Assembly: GCF_012516315.1 (NCBI RefSeq)
Contig: NZ_CP051185.1
Coordinates: 3,413,363 to 3,477,362, forward strand
Length of the DNA stretch: 64,000 nt
Origin: Limnospira fusiformis SAG 85.79
GTDB lineage: Bacteria; Cyanobacteriota; Cyanobacteriia; Cyanobacteriales; Microcoleaceae
Direction: 5' to 3'
Positions 1-10,928 of this stretch are shown here, one piece after another. Under the pieces are notes generated by a model. That model was not told the origin of the DNA. It saw only the letters and a list, made by a program, of their open reading frames with translations, and did no database searches. Within the stretch, counting starts at the first letter, position 1. Each line of letters begins with the position of its first letter. The position numbers were made by a program, and so were the translations under genes.

Positions 1-87
1 TATTATCATAGTAATTTATCCCAAAACCTCGCCGGATAAAATGTAAACCTCCGGGGCGAATTGGGGGATTAAGTATAGTTAAAAAAA

Positions 88-1275
88 TCACAAATTTATG
101 AGAGGATTTCCCACGTCAAAAAAATCTTCCATCCAGAGAGAACCAAGCAAGGCACCTTGATTTATAAACTCTTTGACTCCCTGCATATCTGCGGTTTTTT
201 TAGCTTGAGTAAAACCCTGGCTATCTCGATAAAGTACCCATAACTCTTCTGGCTTTAGACTATTTACAAAAAATGGAGAATGGGTAGTTACCATTAATTG
301 AGTATTAGCAGAAGCTGTCCGGCATTCTTCAGCCAGTTGTGGCAATAAAACCGGGTGTAAGTGATTTTCGGGTTCTTCAATGCCGACTAATTGAGGAGGT
401 TTTGGGTCATATAATACAGTTAAATATGCCAATAGTTTTAAAGTTCCGTCTGAGGCAAATTTGGCGAGAATTGGATGAGAAAAAGGTGCGTCTTTTATTT
501 GTAATAACAGACGACCATCTGGCATAATTGATGCTTCTACTTTTTCTAAGCGAGGAATTCGGGAAGATAAAGTTTTTAAGATTTCCTCTAAACGCTGGGG
601 ATGTTGTTCTTTTAAATATTGGATAACATTGGGTAAATTATTCCCCGTTGTGGATAATCTTTCTTGGGTTCCTGCTTCGGGAATGCTGCGGGTATTGTCG
701 GCGGTTAAATAGGATAAATACCATCCGGTGATGAACCGCCTTAAAGCACTAACCCGGGGATGTTTGGCAAATTGCCCCAAAGTATTAACCGCTAATAATT
801 CCGGGGAGTCAAGTTGTTCCGTGATTCTTTCGTCTTGTGGGTCTGGCATTTCCCCACTGATGACTTGTCCTTCCCCATTTTTAAAGTCCAAAAAACGGAA
901 GGGTTTACCTTGTCCTCCTCGTCGCCAATGCAGCCATTCTTCGGCGATAAAAGGGCGATTATTTTCTTCATTGATGGCGAGATGATAGGTAATTAAAGGT
1001 GAGTCGGAGGTTTCTCGGTATTTTAATTCAATCACAATGCAGCCTTGACTATCTCGGGTGCGGAGTTCTCGAAATCTCCCCCGTCTATCCCAGGCTTTGC
1101 TGAGGCTTTCGGTAAAGCATTCAGATAGAAAGGCAAACACATCAAAAATTGTGGATTTGCCACTGCCATTGGGACCTAAAAATACGGTGAGGGGAGTAAT
1201 TCTTTTTAATTCGAGATTTTGTAAGGCGCGGTAATTTATAACTTTGAGATATTCGATTTTGGGAATTGTACTCAT
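88..1275 (-). CDS. AAA family ATPase (AAA_15/AAA_21, RloA/OLD-like ATP-binding protein)
   Basis: N-terminal Walker [13 protein letters not shown]-terminal ABC/SMC-like signature region and Walker B/D-loop ([13 protein letters not shown] ... VTTHSPFF). Partner gene, if any, would lie beyond the window start. Confidence 0.7.
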   Translation of the reverse strand: MSTIPKIEYLKVINYRALQNLELKRITPLTVFLGPNGSGKSTIFDVFAFLSECFTESLSKAWDRRGRFRELRTRDSQGCIVIELKYRETSDSPLITYHLAINEENNRPFIAEEWLHWRRGGQGKPFRFLDFKNGEGQVISGEMPDPQDERITEQLDSPELLAVNTLGQFAKHPRVSALRRFITGWYLSYLTADNTRSIPEAGTQERLSTTGNNLPNVIQYLKEQHPQRLEEILKTLSSRIPRLEKVEASIMPDGRLLLQIKDAPFSHPILAKFASDGTLKLLAYLTVLYDPKPPQLVGIEEPENHLHPVLLPQLAEECRTASANTQLMVTTHSPFFVNSLKPEELWVLYRDSQGFTQAKKTADMQGVKEFINQGALLGSLWMEDFFDVGNPLINL

Positions 1276-1499
1276 AATTTCGCTGCTAAGACCTACTGCT
1301 AACTATAGCGGTGGGTCGGGGAATCCGCAATTGATAATAGTTGGGAAGAGTTTGTCAGGGTTTCCAGATGGTTGGATTGATGGGACTGTCCACCGGGTCA
1401 AGGGTTCCGATGTGGATTGATTAACTCTGGGGGTCTGGGGGGTTTCCAGAAGGTTTTTGGTCATTACTATCAATTAGTGCCGAGTTGAGCCATACTTAT

Positions 1500-1744
1500 C
1501 AAGAGTTGTAGATGTGACCGAAGAATACACCAGCAAAACCTGTACTCACTGTGGTCATGTCCATTCCCAGCTAGGTGGCTCAAAAGTGTTCCGATGTCCG
1601 GAGTGGGGGTTCACTCTACCACGGGACTGGAACGGTGCTTTTGGAATCTTTCTAAAAGCTTTGCGGGATACCGCCTCTGTTATCTTTACGGGTAATAGTG
1701 CTATCGTCGCATTATCCGGGAACAACCGGAAAAATGTCGCGTAA
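1500..1744 (+). pseudogene. 3' remnant of an IS607/IS605-family tnpB (zinc-ribbon C-terminus only)
   Basis: The 76-aa ORF plus ~5 codons upstream is ~90% identical to the C-terminus of the full tnpB at 43799..44932 (VVDVTEEYTSKTCTHCGHVHSQLGGSKVFRCPE[C>W]GF...). A zinc-finger Cys is mutated to Trp. It ends exactly at the glgP start region. Confidence 0.75.
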
Positions 1745-1771
1745 ATGTATCAGACAGGAAAAGGAGAATTT

Positions 1772-4309
1772 ATGACGCAGCCTCTTATCCCTATCGATCA
1801 ATGTCCAATTCAGATTGAGGACGATCGCACAGGTACAAATGTGGAAACTCTCAAACGGGCTTTTGCAGATAACCTGTTTTATCTTCAGGGTAAGTATGAG
1901 TCCCTGGCTACCCAGGATGACTTTTATATGGCTTTGGCTTACACTTTGCGCGATCGCCTCCTGAGTCGTTGGCTAAAGACCATGAAAACTTACATGGAGA
2001 AAGATGTTAAGGTAGTTTACTACCTCTCCGCTGAGTTTCTCATGGGTCGCCACATGGGTAATAGTCTGATTAACCTCCATCTTTATGATCGGGTACGTCA
2101 GGCCGTCGAAGAGTCTGGGTTAGACTTGGATGAAATCCTCGAACATGAACCCGACCCCGGCTTGGGTAATGGCGGTTTGGGGCGGTTAGCCGCTTGCTTC
2201 GTCGATTCCTTGGCTACTCTGGAAATTCCCGCCGTGGGTTATGGTATTCGCTACGAATTTGGGATTTTTACCCAGGCGATCCGCGATGGATGGCAAGCAG
2301 AAGTCCCTGATAAATGGTTGCGCTTTGGTAATCCTTGGGAAATTGCCCACCCTGACCAAGCCGTTGAGGTGAAATTGGGGGGCCATACCGAAATGTACCA
2401 TAATGAAAAGGGAGAGTATAAGGTTCGTTGGATTCCCGCTAACCGGGTAGTCGGGATTCCCTATGATACTCCCGTTCCCGGTTATGATACTAATACGGTT
2501 AATCCCCTGCGTTTGTGGCGGGCTGAGGCTTCTGATGATTTCAATTTTGATGCCTTCAATGCTGGCAACTATGATGGCGCGGTCGCTGAAAAAATGCGAT
2601 CGGAAACTATCTCTAAGGTGTTATACCCCAACGATAACACCCCCCAAGGTAAGCAATTGCGACTAGAACAACAGTTTTTCTTTGTTTCTTGTTCCCTACA
2701 GGATATTATCCGCACTCACCTACTGCGACATCCTAGCCTGCATAATCTTCATGATACCGCCGCTATCCAACTTAATGATACTCACCCGGCAGTAGCGATC
2801 GCTGAAATGATGCGATTGTTAATGGATGAACATGAGATGGACTGGAATACCGCTTGGCGGGTGACTCAAAAGACCTTCTCCTATACCAACCATACCTTAC
2901 TGCCAGAAGCTCTGGAAAAATGGTCTGTGGGTTTGTTTGAATATCTACTTCCCCGCCACCTAGAGATTATCTATGAAATTAACCGCCGCTTCTTGGAGGA
3001 CGTTAAACGCTGGTATCCTGGTGATGATAATTTGATCAGTCGTCTTTCTCTGATTGATGAGTCCGGCGAAAAGTATGTCCGTATGGCGAATTTGGCTTGC
3101 GTCGGTAGTCATGCTGTTAATGGCGTGGCTGCATTGCATACCCAACTCCTTAAACAAGACACTCTCCGGGATTTCTATAAGTTGTGGCCCGGAAAGTTCA
3201 TTAATAAGACTAATGGTGTCACTCCCCGACGCTGGATTTTGATGTGTAATCCTAAACTCGCTGAACTTTACAACTCGAAAATCGGTGAGGGTTGGTTGAA
3301 AGACCTTAGTCAACTCAAGCAGTTGGAAAAATATGTTGATGACCCCGATTTCTGTCAGCAGTGGCGAGAAATTAAGCTGCACAATAAGCGACAGTTAGCC
3401 CAATATATCTGGGAACATAACGGCATCGAAGTTGACCCCCATTCGATGTTTGATATACAGGTGAAACGGATTCATGAGTACAAGCGTCAGCATTTGAATT
3501 TGCTGCATATTATCGCCCTGTATAATCAGATTAAGCAGAATCCTGACCAGCATATTGTACCCTGTACTTTTATCTTTGGTGGTAAGGCTGCCCCCGGTTA
3601 TTTTATGGCGAAGTTGATTATCAAGCTCACTAATTCCGTGGCTGATGTCATTAACCATGATCCTGATGTTAGAGGTCGCTTAAAGATTGTTTTCCTCAAC
3701 AATTTTAATGTTTCTTTGGGTCAGCGTATCTATCCGGCTGCCGATTTGTCTGAACAAGTTTCTACCGCTGGAAAAGAAGCCTCTGGAACCGGAAACATGA
3801 AGTTTGCTATGAATGGCGCGATGACTATTGGCACCTTGGATGGTGCTAATATTGAAATCCGCGAAGAAGCAGGCGAGGAAAATTTCTTCCTGTTTGGTTT
3901 GACCGCACAGGAAGTCGCTGATACTAAGGCGAAAGGTTATAATCCCAGGGATTATTATAGCAGTAATCCGTCCCTGAAAGCGGTAATCGATCGCATTGCT
4001 GCTGGCTATTTCTCCCACGGTGATAAAGAGCTGTTTAAGCCTTTGGTTGATTCCCTGATGTACCATGATCAGTATATGCTTTTTGCTGATTATCAGGCTT
4101 ATGTGGACTGCCATAAACAGGTCTCCAAAACTTACAGTGATCAGGATAAGTGGACTCGGATGTCTATTTTGAATGCACTGCGGATGGCTAAGTTTTCTAG
4201 CGATCGCACTATTCGAGAGTATTGTAATGAAATCTGGAATGTGCAGCCTGTACCTATTGAGATGGAAGAATACAGCCAAGAAAATGCTGGTTTGAATCTC
4301 GGTAAATAA
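1772..4309 (+). CDS. glgP: glycogen phosphorylase
   Basis: ~845 aa with the pyridoxal-phosphate site EASGTGNMKFAMNGA. AGGAGA RBS before the ATG at 1772; the annotated ORF start at 1745 is probably too early. Confidence 0.95.
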   Translation: MTQPLIPIDQCPIQIEDDRTGTNVETLKRAFADNLFYLQGKYESLATQDDFYMALAYTLRDRLLSRWLKTMKTYMEKDVKVVYYLSAEFLMGRHMGNSLINLHLYDRVRQAVEESGLDLDEILEHEPDPGLGNGGLGRLAACFVDSLATLEIPAVGYGIRYEFGIFTQAIRDGWQAEVPDKWLRFGNPWEIAHPDQAVEVKLGGHTEMYHNEKGEYKVRWIPANRVVGIPYDTPVPGYDTNTVNPLRLWRAEASDDFNFDAFNAGNYDGAVAEKMRSETISKVLYPNDNTPQGKQLRLEQQFFFVSCSLQDIIRTHLLRHPSLHNLHDTAAIQLNDTHPAVAIAEMMRLLMDEHEMDWNTAWRVTQKTFSYTNHTLLPEALEKWSVGLFEYLLPRHLEIIYEINRRFLEDVKRWYPGDDNLISRLSLIDESGEKYVRMANLACVGSHAVNGVAALHTQLLKQDTLRDFYKLWPGKFINKTNGVTPRRWILMCNPKLAELYNSKIGEGWLKDLSQLKQLEKYVDDPDFCQQWREIKLHNKRQLAQYIWEHNGIEVDPHSMFDIQVKRIHEYKRQHLNLLHIIALYNQIKQNPDQHIVPCTFIFGGKAAPGYFMAKLIIKLTNSVADVINHDPDVRGRLKIVFLNNFNVSLGQRIYPAADLSEQVSTAGKEASGTGNMKFAMNGAMTIGTLDGANIEIREEAGEENFFLFGLTAQEVADTKAKGYNPRDYYSSNPSLKAVIDRIAAGYFSHGDKELFKPLVDSLMYHDQYMLFADYQAYVDCHKQVSKTYSDQDKWTRMSILNALRMAKFSSDRTIREYCNEIWNVQPVPIEMEEYSQENAGLNLGK

Positions 4310-4327
4310 CTACATTCTCGTGGGTGT

Positions 4328-4356
4328 TTGGGGCGGCTACAAGTCGCCCTTTTTTC
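4328..4356 (+). terminator. rho-independent terminator after glgP
   Basis: GGGCG-loop-CGCCC hairpin followed by TTTTTT. Confidence 0.55.
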
Positions 4357-4552
4357 GTTCACAGAACTATCGCCGCCTTAAATTATGTCCCACTGCTGAA
4401 AGTCCATATAACTGCTCTGGTTGCCTTCTTGTCTGTGTAGTCGCTGGGAGAATTAGCACCAGAGTTTTAAAAAAAAGCGATCGCCTTAGTCTGCTATAAA
4501 AATTAACGATACAGTCTAAAGTACAAATCAGCCAACCATTATAGGGAAGTTT

Positions 4553-5977
4553 ATGTCAGAGCAAAAATTTGGTGTCATTGGTCTAGCGGTCATGGGTGAA
4601 AACCTCGCCCTAAATGTCGAACGCAATGGCTTTCCTGTCGCTGTTTATAACCGCACCAGTGCCAAAACTGATGAGTTTATGCAAAAACGCGCCCCAGGAA
4701 AAAATGTCAAACCCGCCTACAGCCTCGAAGAATTTGTCCAGTCCCTGGAACGTCCCCGGCGTATCCTCGTCATGGTCAAAGCCGGTAAACCTGTCGATGC
4801 CGTCATTGACCAATTGAAACCCCTGTTGGATCAGGATGATATGATTATCGACGGGGGAAATTCTCTCTATGAGGACACAGAGAGGCGCACCAAGGAACTC
4901 GAAGCTACTGGTTTAGGGTTTATGGGTATGGGTGTCAGTGGTGGCGAGGAAGGCGCATTATGGGGTCCTAGTTTAATGCCCGGAGGAACCGAGAATTCCT
5001 ATCAGGCCCTTGAACCCATTTTAACTAAAATTGCCGCTCAAGTTGATGACGGCCCCTGTGTCACTTATATTGGCCCTGGCGGTGCCGGTCACTATGTCAA
5101 AATGGTTCACAACGGCATTGAATATGGCGATATGCAGCTGATCGCAGAAGCCTATGACCTCCTGCGTAATGTCATTGGCTTGAATGAACAACAGCTTTAT
5201 GAGGTCTTTGCTGAGTGGAACACCACCGATGAGTTAAACTCTTTTCTGGTTGAAATTACTGCCGATATTTTTAAGCAAAAAGACCCCGAAACTGGCAAGC
5301 CTCTCGTTGACTTGATTTTGGACTCGGCTGGACAAAAAGGAACCGGACGCTGGACCGTCGTTAGTGCTTTGGAGTTGGGCGTTTCTATCCCTACCATTAC
5401 TGCTGCTGTGAATAGCCGGATTATTTCTTCCTATAAGGATGAACGGGTAGCCGCCTCTCAGCAATTGCCGGGACCTAGTGCTAATTTTGATGGCGATGTT
5501 AGCGCTTTTATTAATAAGGTTCGTGATGCCTTGTACTGCTCGAAAATCTGTTCTTATGCTCAGGGTATGGCGCTTATTGGTAAGGCTTCTCAGGAGTTTA
5601 ATTATCATCTGAATTTGGGCGAAATTGCCCGCATTTGGAAAGGTGGCTGCATTATTCGGGCGGGATTTTTGAATAAAATTAAGCAGGCTTATGACCAAAA
5701 TCCACAATTGCCTAATTTGCTACTTGCGCCCGAGTTTAAGCAGACTATTCTTGACCGTCAGTCCGCTTGGCGGGAAGTTCTCGTCACTGCCAATACTATG
5801 GGTATTCCCGTCCCGGCTTTTAGTGCTTCTTTGGATTATTTTGATAGTTATCGCCGCGTGAGTTTACCTCAAAATTTAACTCAAGCACAACGAGACTATT
5901 TTGGCGCTCATACTTATGAGCGTATCGATAAACCCCGGGGGCAGTTTTTCCATACTGAATGGACTAATGTTGATTAA
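4553..5977 (+). CDS. gnd: 6-phosphogluconate dehydrogenase (decarboxylating)
   Basis: N-terminal NADP-binding fold [15 protein letters not shown], 474 aa, conserved Gnd core throughout. Confidence 0.95.
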   Translation: MSEQKFGVIGLAVMGENLALNVERNGFPVAVYNRTSAKTDEFMQKRAPGKNVKPAYSLEEFVQSLERPRRILVMVKAGKPVDAVIDQLKPLLDQDDMIIDGGNSLYEDTERRTKELEATGLGFMGMGVSGGEEGALWGPSLMPGGTENSYQALEPILTKIAAQVDDGPCVTYIGPGGAGHYVKMVHNGIEYGDMQLIAEAYDLLRNVIGLNEQQLYEVFAEWNTTDELNSFLVEITADIFKQKDPETGKPLVDLILDSAGQKGTGRWTVVSALELGVSIPTITAAVNSRIISSYKDERVAASQQLPGPSANFDGDVSAFINKVRDALYCSKICSYAQGMALIGKASQEFNYHLNLGEIARIWKGGCIIRAGFLNKIKQAYDQNPQLPNLLLAPEFKQTILDRQSAWREVLVTANTMGIPVPAFSASLDYFDSYRRVSLPQNLTQAQRDYFGAHTYERIDKPRGQFFHTEWTNVD

Positions 5978-6056
5978 TTCTCAGGTTTAGTCCCTTCGTG
6001 ATTAACTGAGTTTTCCCTCACCCACAAACCCCCCACCTCTGGGGGGCTGCTTTATG

Positions 6057-7196
6057 CTATAAGGTGGCTATACATTCTATTTGCACTCGTGCATTTTCCG
6101 GGAGTTGCGACACCGCTACACAGGTACAAATTGGCAGATTTCCATCGGTGAAATAGCTAGAGTAAACGCTATTCATGCGATCGCTTTCCTGCAAGTCTAC
6201 CATAAAAATCGTCGTTTTCACCACCTTAGACCAACCTACTCCCGCCGCCGTTAAAATCGCGCCAATATTATCCATCACTCGCCGCGTCTGGTCGGTAATT
6301 TCGTCATCGCATAACATAATATTTAGGCGGGGGGCTATGGCTATTTGACCCGCAATATATATACAGTCATTAATGATAACTGCTTGGTGAGGACTATTAG
6401 GAGATTTCGGCGCGTTTTCTGTATTAATAAATTCTGCCTTAGTCGAGTTTCTCCCAGACTCCCCCACTTCCATAATCAAATCATCATCGAGGTCATAAAC
6501 TTCACCGTCTGGCATAATTGCGCCAATGATTTGAGCTTCTTGATAGTTAGTTAGGTACAAATTGGCATCAGTTAAATTGGCTCCGACAAAACTCGCATTT
6601 TTAACTTTGGCTTTCATTAGATTAGCTGTTTTGATGTTAGCTTGCTTGAAATTAGCCCCCTCTAAACAAGTCTCTCTCAAGATGGCTTCCTCTAGATTTG
6701 CCATTTTAAAATTACATTTTTTGCAGTTAGCTGCAGCCAAGTTGATGCGGAATCCATAAATGCCAGAAAAATTACATCCTTCTAAATCCAAATACGACCA
6801 ATTTATGGAAAACATTTTACTACCAGAAAAATTAACATTTTTGATTATAGCTTTAGCCATGTTAATATCATCAAATCGACTAGATTCCTCGAATTGAGCC
6901 CCGGTTAAATCTGCCCCAGAAAAATCTATGGTTTGCAAATCAGACTTGATAAAACAGGCGTTAGTTAAGTTGGCATTAACAAATTGTACGGATTGGAAAG
7001 TTGACCCACTAAAGTTACAATTCTTGAGATTAGCATGATCAAAGGTCATCTCTTGAAAGTCAGAGTTGCTTAAATCAGCACCTTCTAAGTTAATCTCACT
7101 CAAATTACATCCTTTCCAAGTAGTATAAGATAAATCGACTCCGGGGAAGTCGCGTTCACCTAGTTTGTATCTGTCAAACAATTTTTGTGCTTCCAT
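6057..7196 (-). CDS. pentapeptide-repeat protein fused to a C-terminal RidA/YjgF (enamine/imine deaminase) domain, copy 1
   Basis: N-terminal half is A(N/D)LxxxxF pentapeptide repeats. C-terminal ~125 aa is RidA-like (HQAVIINDCIYIAGQIAI...DNIGAILTAAG...TTIFM). Confidence 0.8.
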   Translation of the reverse strand: MEAQKLFDRYKLGERDFPGVDLSYTTWKGCNLSEINLEGADLSNSDFQEMTFDHANLKNCNFSGSTFQSVQFVNANLTNACFIKSDLQTIDFSGADLTGAQFEESSRFDDINMAKAIIKNVNFSGSKMFSINWSYLDLEGCNFSGIYGFRINLAAANCKKCNFKMANLEEAILRETCLEGANFKQANIKTANLMKAKVKNASFVGANLTDANLYLTNYQEAQIIGAIMPDGEVYDLDDDLIMEVGESGRNSTKAEFINTENAPKSPNSPHQAVIINDCIYIAGQIAIAPRLNIMLCDDEITDQTRRVMDNIGAILTAAGVGWSKVVKTTIFMVDLQESDRMNSVYSSYFTDGNLPICTCVAVSQLPENARVQIECIATL

Positions 7197-7301
7197 TTTC
7201 AGTTAGTCCTGGTAGATGTGGTTTTGACCCTATCCCAGAGTAGATATCTGCTGGGTATCGCACTATCAATTATATCTGATTATACGCCAATAGTGCATTT
7301 T

Positions 7302-8441
7302 TTAGGTGCTGGCTATACATTGGATTTGGACTCGGGCATTTTCCGGGAGTTGCGACACGGCTACACAGGTACAAATTGGCAGATTTTCATTTGTGAAATA
7401 GCTAGAGTAAACGCTATTCATGCGATCGCTTTCCTGCAAGTTTACCATAAAAATGGTGGTGGTAACCACCTTAGACCAACCTACTCCCGCCGCCGTTAAA
7501 ATCGCGCCAATATTATCCATAACTCGCCGCGTCTGGTCGGTAATTTCGTCATCACATAACATAATATTTAGGCGGGGGTCTATCGCTATTTGACCCGCAA
7601 TATATATACAGTCATTAATGATAACCGCTTGGTGAGGACTATTAGGAGATTTCGGCGCGTTTTCTGTATTAATAAATTCTGCCTTAGTCGAGTTTCCCCC
7701 AGACTCCCCCCCTTCCACAATCGAATCATCATCAGGGTCGTAAACTTCACCGTCTGGCATAATTGCGCCAATGATTTGAGCTTCTTGATAGTTAGTTAGG
7801 TACGAATTGACATCAGTTAAATCGGCTCCTATAAAACTAGCATTTTTAAGTTTTGCTTTCATCAGATTAGCTTTTTTGAGCTTGGCTTGCTTTAAATTAG
7901 CCCCCTCTAAACAAGCCTCTCTGAAGATGGCATTTTCGAGGTTTGCCAGTTTAAAATTGCAGTTTTTGCAGTTAGTTTCTGTCCAATTAGTTCCATGTAA
8001 ATTAGTTTTATAAAAGCTACATCCTTCTAAGTCTAAAAAAGACCAGTTTACGTCGCTAAATTTAACTTTGTCAAAATTGACATTTTTGGTGATGGCTTGA
8101 GCGATTTCACAACAACTAAATTGACGACATTCTCCGAATTGCGCTCCGGTTAAATCTGCCCCAGAAAAATCTATGCCGCGCAAATCAGACTGGATAAAAT
8201 AGGCGTTAGTTAAATCGGCATTAACAAATTTTACGGATTGGAAATTTGACCCACTAAAGTTACAATTCTTGAGATTAGCCCTATTAAAAACCATATTTTT
8301 CAATTCAGAGTTGCTGAAATCAGCACCTTCTAGGTTAATCTCACTCAAATTACATCCTGGCCAATTAGTATCAGATAAATCGACTCCGGGGAAGTCGCGT
8401 TCACCTTGTCTGTATCTGTCAATTAATTCTTGTGGTTTCAT
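7302..8441 (-). CDS. pentapeptide-repeat::RidA fusion protein, copy 2
   Basis: Paralog of 6057..7196. The RidA half is near-identical and the pentapeptide half is diverged. Confidence 0.8.
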   Translation of the reverse strand: MKPQELIDRYRQGERDFPGVDLSDTNWPGCNLSEINLEGADFSNSELKNMVFNRANLKNCNFSGSNFQSVKFVNADLTNAYFIQSDLRGIDFSGADLTGAQFGECRQFSCCEIAQAITKNVNFDKVKFSDVNWSFLDLEGCSFYKTNLHGTNWTETNCKNCNFKLANLENAIFREACLEGANLKQAKLKKANLMKAKLKNASFIGADLTDVNSYLTNYQEAQIIGAIMPDGEVYDPDDDSIVEGGESGGNSTKAEFINTENAPKSPNSPHQAVIINDCIYIAGQIAIDPRLNIMLCDDEITDQTRRVMDNIGAILTAAGVGWSKVVTTTIFMVNLQESDRMNSVYSSYFTNENLPICTCVAVSQLPENARVQIQCIAST

Positions 8442-8546
8442 TTTCAGTTAGTCCTGGTAGATGTGGTTTTGAGCCTATCCCAGAGTAGATATCTGCTGGG
8501 GATGGCACTATCAATTATATCTGATTATACCCCCATAGTGGATTTT

Positions 8547-9686
8547 TTAGGTGCTGGCTATACATTGGATTTGCACTCGTGCATTTTCCGGGAGTTGCGA
8601 CACCGCTACACAGGTACAAATTGGCAGATTTCCATCCGTGAAATAGCTAGAGTAAACGCTATTCATGCGATCGCTTTCCTGCAAGTTTACCATAAAAATG
8701 GTGGTGTTCACCACCTTAGACCAACCTACTCCCGCCGCCGTTAAAATCGCGCCAATATTATCCATAACTCGCCGCGTCTGGTCCGTAATTTCGTCATCAC
8801 ATAACATAATATTTAGGCGGGGGTCTATCGCTATTTGACCCGCAATATATATAAAGCCATTAATGATAACTGCTTGGTGAGGACTATTAGGAGATTTCGG
8901 CGCGTTTTCTGTATTAATAAATACTGCCTTAGTCGAGTTTACCCCAGACTCCACCCCTTCCACAATCGAATAATCATCAGGGTCGTAAACTTCACCGTCT
9001 GGCATAATTGCGCCAATTATTTCAGCTTCTTGATAGTTAGACGCATAAACATAAGCATTAGTTAAATTGGCTCCGATAAAACTAGCATTTTTAACTTTGG
9101 CTTTCATCAGATTAGCTTTTTTGAGGTTGGCTTGCTTTAAATTAGCTCCCTCTAAACAAGTGTCTTTTAAGATAGCATTTTCGAGAATTGCCATTTTAAA
9201 ATTGCAGTTTTTGCAGTTAGAATTAGCTAAGTTTATGCAGGTTCCATTGATGCGAGAAAAATTACAGCCTTCTAAATCAAAAAGCGACCACTTTATCCCA
9301 GTCATATTAATGCCAGAAAAATTGACATTTTTGATAATAGCTTTAGCCATATTAATATCACTAAATCGACTAGATTCCTGGAATTGAACCCCGGTTAAAT
9401 CTGCCCCAGAAAAATCTATGGCGCGCAAATCAGACTCGATAAAACAGGCGTTAGTTAAATCGGCATTAACAAATTCTACGAATTGCAAAGTTGACCCACT
9501 AAAGTTACAATTCTTGAGATTAGCCCTATTAAAAGTCATATTTTTAAAGTCAGAGTTGCTGAAATCAGCACCTTCTAAGTTAATCTCACTCAAATTACAT
9601 CCTTGCCAAGTAGTATAAGATAAATCGACTCCGGGGAAGTCGCGTTCACCTAGTTTGTATTTGTCAAGCAATTCTTGTGGTTGCAT
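8547..9686 (-). CDS. pentapeptide-repeat::RidA fusion protein, copy 3
   Basis: Paralog of 6057..7196, with the same 1245-bp phasing. Confidence 0.8.
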   Translation of the reverse strand: MQPQELLDKYKLGERDFPGVDLSYTTWQGCNLSEINLEGADFSNSDFKNMTFNRANLKNCNFSGSTLQFVEFVNADLTNACFIESDLRAIDFSGADLTGVQFQESSRFSDINMAKAIIKNVNFSGINMTGIKWSLFDLEGCNFSRINGTCINLANSNCKNCNFKMAILENAILKDTCLEGANLKQANLKKANLMKAKVKNASFIGANLTNAYVYASNYQEAEIIGAIMPDGEVYDPDDYSIVEGVESGVNSTKAVFINTENAPKSPNSPHQAVIINGFIYIAGQIAIDPRLNIMLCDDEITDQTRRVMDNIGAILTAAGVGWSKVVNTTIFMVNLQESDRMNSVYSSYFTDGNLPICTCVAVSQLPENARVQIQCIAST

Positions 9687-10050
9687 TTTCAGTTAGTCCT
9701 GGTAGATGTGGTTTTGAGCCTATCCCAGAGTAGATATCTGCTGGGGATGGCACTATCAATTATATCTGATTATACGCCCATAGTGGATTTTTTAGGTGCT
9801 GGCTATACATCAGATTTCTACTCGTGTATTTGGGTTGGGGTGTACCGACGGAGATTATACCATTTTTAAGGTTGGGTGCGCCACAATGATTAATTATTAT
9901 AAAAAACCCCGATTTTGTAGGTGGTGATTTGATGGGGGGAAAACTGTATATCTGTGGATTGGGTCAGGTGAAATCATCCTAACCTACCTTAGACCCACCT
10001 AGTCCCACGACTACATAACAAAATAACCAGTCAGCAAGATATGGGCGGAT

Positions 10051-10914
10051 TTGGGAAAAGAAAATGTGACGATCGCACAAAATCTGTTAGAATGGAAAAC
10101 GATAATTTTGCATCGACCTAGAACTCAAAAACTGATGCTGCCAAGGCAAGAACTACTTAACGGAATTGAAAATCGAGATTGTATCGCCAGAATTATCGAC
10201 CTGGCGGAACAGGCTTTAAAAACCTGGGAAATTACCCAAACCGAGTTTCTCTCACCCCCAGAAATCGCAGAAGCACAAGGAATTTTTCGGCGACTGACAG
10301 AAATACAAGCGTTATCCTGGGGGGGTTATCCGCAAGCAGAACGTCAGCGAATGGCGATCGCACGATCAGAAATCCCCCTCGACTCAAGCCATGTAGAAAT
10401 CGCAGCGATCGACATTTCCGGGAACTTTTTATTTGATACCGCGACTCACCGGGATTTTTTGGGTTCCTTATTAGGGACGGGAATTGTCCGGGAAAAAACT
10501 GGGGATTTAATAGTGTTAGGAGAACGGGGAGCCCAGGCTATTGTGATTCCTGAATTGGTGGAATATCTGGAGATGAACCTAACCCAAGTGCGGACAGTTC
10601 CCGTTAAGGTGCAACCGATTGATTTAAGCGAGTTGAAAGTTCGAGAACCTAAGAAAAAAGCCATGACTACGGTTGAGGCTTCTTTGCGTTTAGATGCGAT
10701 CGCTTCTGCGGGGTTTGGGATGTCTCGGAGTAAAATGGTCAACCTCATTGATGGCGGTGATGTGCGAGTTAATTGGAAAGAAGTTAAACAAGCCAGCATT
10801 GCTATTAAAACCGGAGATTTAATCGCTATTCGCGGGAAAGGCAGATTGGAAATTGGGGAGGTTTCTGTCACCAAAAAACAGCGCTATCGAGTCGAATTAA
10901 CTAGATATAATTAA
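10051..10914 (+). CDS. S4 RNA-binding domain protein (YlmH-like / cyanobacterial 'photosystem II S4 domain protein')
   Basis: C-terminal S4-like motif region and YlmH-like length. The true start may be the internal Met near 10138. Confidence 0.6.
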   Translation: MGKENVTIAQNLLEWKTIILHRPRTQKLMLPRQELLNGIENRDCIARIIDLAEQALKTWEITQTEFLSPPEIAEAQGIFRRLTEIQALSWGGYPQAERQRMAIARSEIPLDSSHVEIAAIDISGNFLFDTATHRDFLGSLLGTGIVREKTGDLIVLGERGAQAIVIPELVEYLEMNLTQVRTVPVKVQPIDLSELKVREPKKKAMTTVEASLRLDAIASAGFGMSRSKMVNLIDGGDVRVNWKEVKQASIAIKTGDLIAIRGKGRLEIGEVSVTKKQRYRVELTRYN

Positions 10915-10928
10915 CTGATAATTAAACT

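Larger units (their letters stand above)
6010..9835. repeat. tandem array of a 1245-bp unit (3 full copies plus a ~45-bp stub of a 4th copy's 3' end at ~9787..9835)
   Basis: Gene starts at 7196/8441/9686 and stops at 6057/7302/8547 are exactly 1245 bp apart. Intergenic spacers are also conserved. The array edge lies inside the gene's 3' end. Confidence 0.9.

Noticed and set aside
2186-4362. Antisense ORFs inside glgP (e.g. 3680..4279, 2960..3382)
   Set aside because: They are embedded in the opposite strand of a strongly conserved glgP with atypical composition. They are spurious.
6010-9835. CRISPR array
   Set aside because: The periodicity is 1245 bp and each unit is protein-coding; there are no short repeat-spacer units. 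No CRISPR array is present anywhere in the window.
7185-9869. 104-aa and 60-70-aa plus-strand ORFs recurring every 1245 bp (7185..7499, 8430..8744, 9675..9869, 6345..6554 and others)
   Set aside because: They are antisense shadows of the three pentapeptide::RidA paralogs and spacers, and they repeat only because the array repeats.
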